A stretch of DNA of 64,000 nt, from the NCBI GenBank assembly GCA_021777565.1, contig JAJYDJ010000001.1:88431-152430 (forward strand), written 5' to 3'. The stretch's first letter is position 1. Each line of letters opens with the position of its first letter. Positions 55,089-63,745 of the stretch are shown here, one piece after another. A program made the position numbers and the translations under genes. The notes below the pieces were generated by a model. It was not told where the DNA came from. It did not search any database and worked only from the letters and a program-made list of their open reading frames with translations. Source of the stretch: a bacterium (GTDB lineage Bacteria; Patescibacteriota; Microgenomatia; Levybacterales; UBA12049).

Positions 55089-56732
55089 ATGTCAAAAAAA
55101 TTTATTTATATTTCACTTTTCCTCATAGTTCTTTTTGGTGGATTTATCAGGTTTTATCATCTCGGGACGCTGCCCAGCGGATTTCATTTTGATGAGGCAT
55201 CACTGGGATACAATGCCTATAGTCTTTTACTGACTGGTAAAGATGAATACGGCGTGAAGTATCCATTGGTGTTGCAGTCTTTTGGAGATTATAAACCAGC
55301 TCTCTATGCCTATATGGATATTCCACTGGTCAAGATGTGGGGACTGACTATTTTTGCAACTCGTTTCCCATCAGCACTCTTTGGAACGTTAAGTATTCTC
55401 ATCATGTTCTTTCTGGCAAGACAGATTACTCAAAAGGATAAAGATGCACTGCTGGCAAGTTTGCTTCTGGCGATAACACCATGGCATATTTTTATCTCAC
55501 GCACTGCGACGGAAGCGACGGTCGCACTCTTTTTCTTAATGAGCATCTTTGCACTCGCTCTGTATATGCATGCGCAAAAAAACATAAAATACTGGGCGAT
55601 AGCACTGGTGGTTCTGTGTTCTGGCATTGCGATACTAACCTATGCAGGTGCACGCCTCTTTGTCCCGATGCTTCTTGTCCTGGCATTCTTTCTGCCAAGA
55701 GCAAAAAAAGCATTCTACATCTCACTGGTCTCTGCCTTTGTCATCGTCGTGCTGGGTATCCTTTGGTATAACAAAAGTGCTTCCATCACACGATTTGACC
55801 AGGTAAGTATTTTTACCAAAGAAGATACTCAGGCGGCCATGAGTCTGCAAATTCGAGAAGAGGGAAGTGTCTCTCCACTCATTACGCGTATCTTTCATAA
55901 CAAGTTAGTGAACTATACCCGTGTCTTCCTCTATGACTATGACCAGTATATGAGTTTGGATTTCCTTGCACTGCATGGGGGGTATCCACCACGTATTCAT
56001 ATCGCTGATCTGGGAGAATTTTATTTATGGGAGATACCGTTCCTGTTGATTGGTGTCTACATGGTCTTCAGACAGAAAAAAACAATCTGGTTTGTTATTC
56101 TGGCATGGTGGCTGATCCTTCTGGCACCCGCAGCCTCAACCTCTGACGCGATCCCGAATGTGTATCGTGCCAGTCCTGTCATCCCGGCAATCGTACTTCT
56201 GATTACCTATGGCATTTCGCAGTTTCGTCTAGGGAAATATAACAAACTTCTTTTTGCTGCGATCATTCTCGCAGGGATTTTTGAGTTCGGGTATGGTGTC
56301 AATCAATACAGTGTGCATGGAGAAGTACACCAGCCATGGTACCAGGGATATACCTATAAAGAGCTAGATAGTATCCTGCACACCTATGATGGCCAACCGT
56401 ATGCACACTATCTGATCACGAAATACAACTCGACACCCTACATCTATCTCTTGTTCTATGACAAATATAATCCTGCGCTCTATCAGAGTCAGGGATCACC
56501 TCGCGATCTGCTCAATTTCTCATCCTTTGGCAGATACATGTTCACTGAAGAGTCATGTCCATCAACACTCAGTACTGAGCAGCTCAAACATGGGGTGACG
56601 TCTACCAATACGGTTTTTGTGGATGCCGGAATTTGTGATGAGAGTGGGAACAACAGTGGCCTTACTAAGACAACAAGGCTGATTAGATGGCAGGATGGCT
56701 CCGAATCTTTCTACGTGGTAACCTACAAGTAA
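55089..56732 (+). CDS. GT-C fold membrane glycosyltransferase (GT39/GT83-like)
   Basis: 'YHLGTLPSGFHFDEASLGYNAYSLL' first-loop DE motif; paralog of 40660-42324. Confidence 0.7.
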   Translation: MSKKFIYISLFLIVLFGGFIRFYHLGTLPSGFHFDEASLGYNAYSLLLTGKDEYGVKYPLVLQSFGDYKPALYAYMDIPLVKMWGLTIFATRFPSALFGTLSILIMFFLARQITQKDKDALLASLLLAITPWHIFISRTATEATVALFFLMSIFALALYMHAQKNIKYWAIALVVLCSGIAILTYAGARLFVPMLLVLAFFLPRAKKAFYISLVSAFVIVVLGILWYNKSASITRFDQVSIFTKEDTQAAMSLQIREEGSVSPLITRIFHNKLVNYTRVFLYDYDQYMSLDFLALHGGYPPRIHIADLGEFYLWEIPFLLIGVYMVFRQKKTIWFVILAWWLILLAPAASTSDAIPNVYRASPVIPAIVLLITYGISQFRLGKYNKLLFAAIILAGIFEFGYGVNQYSVHGEVHQPWYQGYTYKELDSILHTYDGQPYAHYLITKYNSTPYIYLLFYDKYNPALYQSQGSPRDLLNFSSFGRYMFTEESCPSTLSTEQLKHGVTSTNTVFVDAGICDESGNNSGLTKTTRLIRWQDGSESFYVVTYK

Positions 56733-56801
56733 CGACAGTAAAATTTTGTACTTCTTTGATCTCTTGCATAGATTTATTCTGATCTGATAGTTTGGTTGGA
56801 G

Positions 56802-57434
56802 ATGGGGAAAGTGAAAACTCACATACCACGTTTTATTGTTTTTGAAGGACCTGATGGGGTGGGTAAAACCTCACTTGCAGAGAAGCTTGTTGCATATCTG
56901 TCAAAAGAAGTAGGGGAGAATAAGCTCCTCTTTGATTGCTCCCCTGGGAAGACTCCTGGGACGATAGGAAAAGTTGTGTATGATATTCGGCACAATAGGT
57001 TGGATGTTGCTCCCAAAAAAGAGCAGTTGGCCCCTGAATCACTTCAGCTGTTACACGTTGCAGCTCACGTTGATAAAATTCTTTCTACTCTAAAACCACA
57101 TTTCAAAAAAGGAGGTTATGTAGTCCTAGACAGATTCTGGTGGAGTGCCTATGCGTATGGTCGTCTGGATGGGCTCAAGCCAACCCAGATGTTTCGTCTA
57201 TTACAACCAGAACTGATGACATGGGAAGGCACCCCGAGCCCACTGGTTTTTTATATCCATCGTAAGAAAAGTCTCAGCCCGGGGGAATATGATCAAGAGC
57301 AGCACTTCCATTTGTTACAGAGATACTACAAAGAACTTATTCGGCATGAGAGAAAAAGAAAAATAAAAATTATTGAGATTGAGAATGAGGATTTTGACAC
57401 AGCCTTTGCACAGATACTGAGAGCGCTTGAGTAG
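56802..57434 (+). CDS. Thymidylate kinase family P-loop kinase
   Basis: 'IVFEGPDGVGKTS' P-loop and 'LDRFWWSAYAY' (DRY/F...S.AYQ) Tmk motif. Confidence 0.6.
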   Translation: MGKVKTHIPRFIVFEGPDGVGKTSLAEKLVAYLSKEVGENKLLFDCSPGKTPGTIGKVVYDIRHNRLDVAPKKEQLAPESLQLLHVAAHVDKILSTLKPHFKKGGYVVLDRFWWSAYAYGRLDGLKPTQMFRLLQPELMTWEGTPSPLVFYIHRKKSLSPGEYDQEQHFHLLQRYYKELIRHERKRKIKIIEIENEDFDTAFAQILRALE

Positions 57435-57476
57435 GGTATATTTGCGTTTCTTTTTGTAAGGTGTCATACTTTTTGT

Positions 57477-58244
57477 ATGGACCAATCAGCACCACAGCCA
57501 GCCACCCCAGAAGTCCCAGTCCCACCAACTCCCATGCCACAAGTGCCACAAATGCCACCAACGCCAGTAGTCATGCCATCTCCATCTGGTAGTAAAATGC
57601 CGTATATTCTTTTGGTAATTGTTCTTGTCCTCGTGTTTTCTGGAGTCTCGTACTATCTAGGGACAAAGACTGCCGGTTTACTGCCGATGGGGTATCAAAG
57701 ACCTACGGAACAGACCAAGATGGCGTATCCGACACAGCAAGTATTACCAAGTGCGACGCCTACTCCTGACCCAACTGCAAGCTGGCAAGTATTTACGAAT
57801 GCAAAATTTGGCTACACGATTAAATATCCAACTGGGTTGGTGCCAAATGAGCAAAATACCTATTACCACTATGTTGAATTCAAGGCACAAAATGCGACTG
57901 GGCAACTTCCTACGTATGTGGTGTCAGCAATCCCTGCTACCTTCACGGCGGCCAATCCTGCCGCATATAACTACATGTCCGCTGACTGGATCAGTAGTAT
58001 TAGTGCCGTTCCTGTGGGGCAAACAAAGACGATGGACCAGGCGGCGATGTTTACGCGTTTGCCAGATATGACGGTGGATGGCCAGAGCGCGGTCGCGATA
58101 GAAGTAGTAGCAACGGGATACAAGCAGCAGCGTGTGTACATAAAGGCAAATGGCAATATCTACATGATCTCAAATTACTTCCAGACTCCGGCAGAACTTA
58201 CTGACTTCCAGCTCTTCCTCTCAACCTTCAAGCTGACCCAATAA
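57477..58244 (+). CDS. Pro-rich membrane-anchored hypothetical protein ('TNAKFGYTIKYP' family)
   Basis: Pro-rich N-terminus, one TM, shared motif with 49860-50453; CATACT-N6-ATG. Confidence 0.5.
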   Translation: MDQSAPQPATPEVPVPPTPMPQVPQMPPTPVVMPSPSGSKMPYILLVIVLVLVFSGVSYYLGTKTAGLLPMGYQRPTEQTKMAYPTQQVLPSATPTPDPTASWQVFTNAKFGYTIKYPTGLVPNEQNTYYHYVEFKAQNATGQLPTYVVSAIPATFTAANPAAYNYMSADWISSISAVPVGQTKTMDQAAMFTRLPDMTVDGQSAVAIEVVATGYKQQRVYIKANGNIYMISNYFQTPAELTDFQLFLSTFKLTQ

Positions 58245-58273
58245 GCCACCCAGTCCCGTGGTATACTTCTTAT

Positions 58274-58747
58274 ATGGAAGAAAAAGCAAGACGCATCATC
58301 TCTAAGAATCTTTTTATGACCCTTGCCTCTGTCTCTATGGATGGAGAGCCATGGAGTACACCAGTTTTCTATGCCACGGATAGTACTATGAAAAAATTCT
58401 TCTGGTACTCGAGGAAAGACACCGTGCATTCACAAAACATTAAGTCTAATACGAAAGTCACTGCATCACTATTTTCACTAGATGGTGAGGATGCTATGAC
58501 TGGCGTATATCTCAAAGGCTATGCTCATGAAGTTGAAGAGACAGAATTAGATGAAGCGATCGCTGCCTACATCGCAAAAGCTGCACAAACTGATGAAGAA
58601 AAAGAGTTGCTATCTCGTAAAGAAGACTTTCTTGGTGATGCGCCACTTCGCATGTATGTCATGGAAGTGGAGGAATGTTCCATTTCCGGTGAGGCTTCCA
58701 AGTGGAATGGGAAATGGATGGACACGAGAGAGAACGTAAACCTGTAA
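58274..58747 (+). CDS. Pyridoxamine 5'-phosphate oxidase-like FMN-binding split-barrel protein
   Basis: 'LFMTLASVSMDGEPWSTPVFYA' family pattern; TATACT-N6-ATG. Confidence 0.6.
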   Translation: MEEKARRIISKNLFMTLASVSMDGEPWSTPVFYATDSTMKKFFWYSRKDTVHSQNIKSNTKVTASLFSLDGEDAMTGVYLKGYAHEVEETELDEAIAAYIAKAAQTDEEKELLSRKEDFLGDAPLRMYVMEVEECSISGEASKWNGKWMDTRENVNL

Positions 58748-58750
58748 TAT

Positions 58751-58774
58751 GCAATCTTAGTAGGATTGCTTTTC
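58751..58774 (+). terminator. Rho-independent terminator
   Basis: GCAATC-TTAGTAG-GATTGC followed by TTTT. Confidence 0.55.
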
Positions 58775-58869
58775 TGAGACATAAGATTTATCTTCTTCTG
58801 TAGGATCTACAAAGTCGTCATACAGACATATGGCAGCATTGAATCTATGTATAGATAGGAGGTGAAAGC

Positions 58870-59172
58870 ATGAAGAACAGAAATGAACTTGAGATTGCAG
58901 CGAGCGCGAACAATGCATTTGTAGCAATTGAGTCAGCAAAGGAAGAAACATCAAATGAAAGCGATGAGGATATACTATCTCGGCTTGAGAATCTAGTAAG
59001 GGGAATCATAAAAGGTGAGTACAAACTCGTTGAAGACCTTAGAAAGATAATCGAGTCAGAAGAAATGAATAGTATATTTTCTTTTGAGGTTACTGCAGGT
59101 GGATTGTCATTACCCTTAGAAAGATTTTTGCGAGACCTCATTGATGCAGTGAAGACCAAGGTGAGCGCATAA
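58870..59172 (+). CDS. Hypothetical protein
   Basis: AGGAGGTG SD 6 nt upstream of the ATG; 100 aa. Confidence 0.45.
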   Translation: MKNRNELEIAASANNAFVAIESAKEETSNESDEDILSRLENLVRGIIKGEYKLVEDLRKIIESEEMNSIFSFEVTAGGLSLPLERFLRDLIDAVKTKVSA

Positions 59173-59203
59173 TCTGCTATAACCACCTCATGAATTTGTC
59201 AGT
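59172..59203. repeat. Direct repeat copy 1: duplicate of the ychF promoter and start (ctgctataaCcacctcATGaatttgtcAgt)
   Basis: 29/31 identical to 59686-59716; would encode only MNLSVAEYRKKI*. Confidence 0.7.
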
Positions 59204-59224
59204 AGCTGAATACAGAAAGAAGAT

Positions 59225-59677
59225 TTAGTTCTGTGGGGTGGCGGGGGCTTCACTTAGATCCATGAAAAAGAGTTCCCATGCATGTCCATCAAGATCACTG
59301 AATGCCTTTCCATACATGAAGTCATCTTCTGGTCCTTTTTCATCTAGGTTAGTTCCGCCGGCTTCTAAGGCTTTTCTGTGAAGTTCATCAACTTTTTCTC
59401 TGGACTCACACGAAAGAGCAAACATCGCTTCCTTTTGTGCACGCGCATCAGCAATTTGTACTTCTGGGATAAAACTGTGAAAGAAATCTTCTGTTAGAAG
59501 CATGACAAAGATCCCATTTTTTTCATCCAGCATGAGAGCAGCGCCTTTATCGTTGGTAAATTGGGGATTAAACGCAAATCCTAATTTCTCCCAAAATATT
59601 TTTGAAGCTGGTAAATCTTTAACTGGAAGATTAATAAAAATTTGATGTCCCATCATACTCAGCATACCATACATCAA
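59225..59677 (-). CDS. Glyoxalase/bleomycin-resistance (VOC) family protein
   Basis: About 150 aa VOC-like fold; bracketed by the 31-bp direct repeats. Confidence 0.65.
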   Translation of the reverse strand: MMYGMLSMMGHQIFINLPVKDLPASKIFWEKLGFAFNPQFTNDKGAALMLDEKNGIFVMLLTEDFFHSFIPEVQIADARAQKEAMFALSCESREKVDELHRKALEAGGTNLDEKGPEDDFMYGKAFSDLDGHAWELFFMDLSEAPATPQN

Positions 59678-59683
59678 AAATAA

Positions 59684-59716
59684 TTTCCTGCTATAATCAC
59701 CTCATGAATTTGTCTG
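59684..59716. repeat. Direct repeat copy 2: native ychF promoter (TATAAT) and start codon
   Basis: Matches 59172-59203. Confidence 0.7.
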
Positions 59717-60801
59717 TTGGAATTGTCGGGTTACCAAATGTCGGGAAGTCGACGCTTTTTAATGCGCTTTTGAAAAAGCAGCAGGCGCTCGCTGCCAATT
59801 ATCCCTTTGCTACTATCGAGCCCAATGTGGGTATCGTCGCCGTGCCAGATGAGAGACTCGTGAAACTAGCTGAGATCACGAAAGATGAAGAAAAGATGGC
59901 AAGTCTACCACCACTTAAGCCTGCTACCGTGGAGTTTGTCGACATCGCAGGTCTGGTCAAGGGTGCATCAGAGGGAGCAGGGCTTGGTAATAAATTTCTC
60001 TCCCACATAAGAGAGGTGAGTGTGATCGCACATGTCGTCCGGGCATTTGAAGACGCCAATATCATAAAAGAAGGTGCAGTCGACCCCAAAAGTGATTATG
60101 AAACTATCGTCACTGAGCTCATCCTTGCAGACTTGCAGACGGTGAATAAAGTGCTTGAGAATCGCAAAATGGAGCCACAAAGAAAGTCTGGTGCAGAAAA
60201 ACTTTTAGCAGTTCTCAATGAAGGCAAACCAGCCCGTTACGCAGTACTCACTGATGAAGAGCGCGAGATGGTAAAAGATTTGTTTCTTCTCTCATCAAAA
60301 CCTGAAGTTATTGTCCTCAATGTCTCAGAAGAACAATACACACCAGAAGGTATCGAGAAAGCGATCGAGGAGTATGTCAAGAACACGGGGCATGATCGTG
60401 AGTCACTGGTCGTCATCTGTGCGAAGATAGAGTCGGATCTGGCGGGATTATCAGATACTGAGCAAAAAGAATATCTGGAGAGTATGGGACTTGAAAAATC
60501 GGGTCTTGAAAGGCTTATTCAGAAAGCATATGACAATCTTGGACTGATGAGTTTTCTCACCTGTGGAGAGAAAGAAGTACGTGCCTGGACTATCAAAAAA
60601 GGTCTGTCTGCACCTCTGGCGGCAGGGGAGATCCACACTGACTTTATCAAGAAGTTTATTAAGGCAGAAGTCGTGAGCTATAGTGACTTTGTAGAGAACA
60701 ATGGATGGAAAGGCAGTCGTGAAAAAGGGAAAGCACGGATTGAAGGAAAAGAATACATCATGCATGATGGTGATGTTGTCGAATTTAAGATAGGAAGTTA
60801 A
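59704..60801 (+). CDS. ychF: Redox-regulated ATPase YchF (Obg-like GTPase family)
   Basis: 'VGIVGLPNVGKSTLFNAL' G1 motif; C-terminal TGS domain; TATAAT-N6-ATG. Confidence 0.9.
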   Translation: MNLSVGIVGLPNVGKSTLFNALLKKQQALAANYPFATIEPNVGIVAVPDERLVKLAEITKDEEKMASLPPLKPATVEFVDIAGLVKGASEGAGLGNKFLSHIREVSVIAHVVRAFEDANIIKEGAVDPKSDYETIVTELILADLQTVNKVLENRKMEPQRKSGAEKLLAVLNEGKPARYAVLTDEEREMVKDLFLLSSKPEVIVLNVSEEQYTPEGIEKAIEEYVKNTGHDRESLVVICAKIESDLAGLSDTEQKEYLESMGLEKSGLERLIQKAYDNLGLMSFLTCGEKEVRAWTIKKGLSAPLAAGEIHTDFIKKFIKAEVVSYSDFVENNGWKGSREKGKARIEGKEYIMHDGDVVEFKIGS

Positions 60802-61457
60802 TGTACATTGCGGATGCCACTTGACCCCAAGATTCCTAGATCCCGGTAAAAAAAGTAGAGATAATTTCCTTGATGCACAGGGACATCACTAAAAGAGGAG
60901 ATGTCTGGGAATGCTTCTAGTGTCGGATATCGATATTTACGTTTTACTGTGGGGACTTGTGCGTACTCTTTGACTTCTCTCCAACTAACAGGAAGTGCAA
61001 CAAGTGAACATTCTTTCTTGATGTGTCTGATCTGTATCACTCCGATTGATTTTAGTCCTAGGAGCCGTGCTAGCCAAATACGATGTAAGCCATCCAGCAC
61101 AATTGATACCTCTTTTTTTTGCTCGACATCATAGTAGGTCTCAACAATTGGGGGAGTCATCGTAAAGGATTGACCTGCAAAGTCATATCTAATGCTACTT
61201 CGCAAGTCAAAAATGTTAAGTGAGAAATCTTGAAAAAGTGGAGAGAGTTTTTTTTGTACAGTTAGTTGCTCGGCGAGTACATAGAGGGCAATCGGTTGCA
61301 GAGTAGTAATGGCGGCATGTTTTGGTTCAATAATTGCATCTTCATACGGCTTGATGTGTGTGTCACCCATGAGCCGCACATTGCGCAGCATATGTTCTAC
61401 TTCATGAAAGCTGTGTAAGGACGTAATACGTAATGCTGAATTATTGTCATTCTCCAT
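60798..61457 (-). CDS. Hypothetical protein with ParB/sulfiredoxin-like motif
   Basis: 'IVLDGLHRIWLARLLGL...IQI' resembles the ParB/Srx 'DGHHR' fold. Confidence 0.4.
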   Translation of the reverse strand: MENDNNSALRITSLHSFHEVEHMLRNVRLMGDTHIKPYEDAIIEPKHAAITTLQPIALYVLAEQLTVQKKLSPLFQDFSLNIFDLRSSIRYDFAGQSFTMTPPIVETYYDVEQKKEVSIVLDGLHRIWLARLLGLKSIGVIQIRHIKKECSLVALPVSWREVKEYAQVPTVKRKYRYPTLEAFPDISSFSDVPVHQGNYLYFFYRDLGILGSSGIRNVH

Positions 61458-61549
61458 ATCCCAGAGAGCACAGAAGGCTCTGTGGGTCTTTATAGAGGTT
61501 TTTTAGTTGAAGAGCTTGATCGTTCCTGACTGTTCTTAACAAACACGCA

Positions 61550-62614
61550 CTATGCCTGGAGAAGATATCCTTTGCCTTTGGCAACTTTAATAGTTGCACT
61601 TGGTTCTAGCTTAACTAACTTTTTCTTCATACGATACATCAATTGGCTGATGGCCCATTCTGAATACTTAATCTCCCAATCATCTTCTCCCCAAATTGCT
61701 TTTGCGATATCGTTTTTGGAGACAATTTTACCTGTCTGTTGGCACAGTAAATCGTAGACTCTCTCTTCAAGGAACGAAAAGTCTCTCTTATTTGCATGGA
61801 TCATACGATACATGTCACTTAGAAGAGGATTAAAAAATTTGTCTCCTTGGAGGAGGCCGATCTGGCGCAGCTGTGTCTTCTCAGTGTTGGTAAGTTGTCC
61901 GTGTACAACCTTATCAATAATCTCTGCGGGGAAATCTTTTAAAATGGAAGAAAGCTTATATACCATTGAAGGTTGTGCCAGGAGGAATGTTGAGGTGAAA
62001 CGGGCATCTGGATTCTCCAAACGCAGGAGCGTAAGTGCTTTGACCAACCCTGCATGACCACAACTAAGTTCAAAAATTTCTTTCTTCTCGTCTTCACTCA
62101 AGTTGCTTTTAATCTTATTTGTATGTTCCGCAATGATTTGTTTTGCGTCGTTGTAATTTACTAAATGAAGCATTGTAAGATATTGCATAAGGGCTTTGGA
62201 TGTTACATTGAAGGCACTGTATACTTCTTTTGTTCCAGAGAAAAGGTAAAATATGAATCCTTCCTGATGCTTATAACGTAAGTTATCTAGTGCATCCACA
62301 AGCCAGGATGCATCTTCTGTCAGAAAAATGTTGATACAAGCAATCACAGGCGTATCTTGCTTCTGGAGGATAGCGATGAACTCTCTCAGTTCTTCTACAG
62401 AGATGGTGTTACAGACGAAGAGTTCGTATTCCTTAGGACGATTGCTCTCAAGATACTGCACGACCGCAGTAAACAAATGATCTTTCCCAACGCCAGCCAT
62501 ACCTATAAACGTGGCTGGTTCATGGAGAAGTACCTTTTGCTTAACATTCTTAAGCAGCTTTTTGTCGCGATCCACAATGGCTCCTGGAAGGCGTGGGATT
62601 GCATATGGTGGCAT
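61550..62614 (-). CDS. P-loop ATPase with C-terminal OmpR/PhoB-type winged-helix domain (paralog of 39371-40663)
   Basis: Walker A 'GMAGVGKD'; C-terminal 'DIAKAIWGEDDWEIKYSEWAISQLMYRMKKKL...KGKGYLL'. Confidence 0.55.
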   Translation of the reverse strand: MPPYAIPRLPGAIVDRDKKLLKNVKQKVLLHEPATFIGMAGVGKDHLFTAVVQYLESNRPKEYELFVCNTISVEELREFIAILQKQDTPVIACINIFLTEDASWLVDALDNLRYKHQEGFIFYLFSGTKEVYSAFNVTSKALMQYLTMLHLVNYNDAKQIIAEHTNKIKSNLSEDEKKEIFELSCGHAGLVKALTLLRLENPDARFTSTFLLAQPSMVYKLSSILKDFPAEIIDKVVHGQLTNTEKTQLRQIGLLQGDKFFNPLLSDMYRMIHANKRDFSFLEERVYDLLCQQTGKIVSKNDIAKAIWGEDDWEIKYSEWAISQLMYRMKKKLVKLEPSATIKVAKGKGYLLQA

Positions 62615-62724
62615 GGGGGTATTCTACCAGATTATAAGTCTATTTTCATGTGTGCCAGAGAAAGAATAAAAACTGCTGTAGTTTGATGTCTTTTCTGTTG
62701 GAAGAATCTTGGTATACTTTTTTT

Positions 62725-63312
62725 ATGGTTCTTTCAGATCGTGATATTAAAAAATCTATTGAAGCAAAAGAACTCATCATCAGATCAGAATCTCCTCTCG
62801 CATTCCAACCTTCCTCTCTGGATGTTCATCTGTCTCCACATATCCTTACTTTTGTCAGAAGGCGATTTAAAGACGCAGTTCTTGATCTAAAAAAGCCAGT
62901 AGAAGATTATATGGAAGAGGAAGTAATTGAAGAGCATAAAGGAACCATTATTTATCCTCATGAGTTTATTCTTGGTGTGACAGAGGAATGGTTCCACCTA
63001 CCAAATTCTTTGCTTGCCAATGTGGAGGGGAAGAGCAGTTTGGGACGTTTGGGCTTGGTCATTCATGCGACGGCAGGATTTGTTGATCCAGGATTTTCCG
63101 GACATATTACGTTGGAGATTACCAATCTTACCAATTTACCGATGATTATTTATGCCCATATGCCTATCGGACAAGTACGGTTCTCTCCACTCAGTTCACC
63201 TGCAGAGCACGTGTATGGAGAGAAAATGTTGGGGAGTAAAACATACAAAAATGAATACAGTCCTAAGCCAAAACCGATCGCGAGCCAATACTGGAAAAAT
63301 TTAGCAAAGTAA
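62725..63312 (+). CDS. dcd: dCTP deaminase
   Basis: 'MVLSDRDIKKSI', 'GKSSLGRLGL', 'DPGFSGHITLEI' Dcd motifs; TATACT-N6-ATG (ORF-track GTG at 62650). Confidence 0.85.
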   Translation: MVLSDRDIKKSIEAKELIIRSESPLAFQPSSLDVHLSPHILTFVRRRFKDAVLDLKKPVEDYMEEEVIEEHKGTIIYPHEFILGVTEEWFHLPNSLLANVEGKSSLGRLGLVIHATAGFVDPGFSGHITLEITNLTNLPMIIYAHMPIGQVRFSPLSSPAEHVYGEKMLGSKTYKNEYSPKPKPIASQYWKNLAK

Positions 63313-63313
63313 T

Positions 63314-63745
63314 ATGAAGATAAAACGTATTGATACTACTCTTCCTCTCCCGGGGTATCAGACGCCTGGGGCAGTAGGGTTTGATCTGTATGTCAGAGAA
63401 ACTATTATTGTGCCGCCTCACGAGTTAAAACTTATTCCAGTAAACAATATCATTGAAGTTCCCAAAGGGTGCGTACTGCTTCTTTTTTCACGTAGTTCAA
63501 CACCCATCAAGAAGGGTCTTATGATGGCCAATGGTGTAGGAGTGATTGATCAAGATTTTTGTGGAGACGCTGATGAGCTCCAAATTGAGGCATTTAATTT
63601 TACAGACAAGGAAGTCATGGTTGAAAGAGGGGAACGCATTGCTCAAGGCATGATTGTAAGAGTAGTACAAGAGGTCTTTGAAGAAGTTGATCATATGTCA
63701 GAGCCATCCCGCGGTGGCTTTGGCACAACGGGAGGAGAATCATGA
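63314..63745 (+). CDS. dut: dUTP diphosphatase
   Basis: dUTPase motifs 'AVGFDLY', 'GVIDQDFCGD', 'RGGFGTTGG'. Confidence 0.85.
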   Translation: MKIKRIDTTLPLPGYQTPGAVGFDLYVRETIIVPPHELKLIPVNNIIEVPKGCVLLLFSRSSTPIKKGLMMANGVGVIDQDFCGDADELQIEAFNFTDKEVMVERGERIAQGMIVRVVQEVFEEVDHMSEPSRGGFGTTGGES

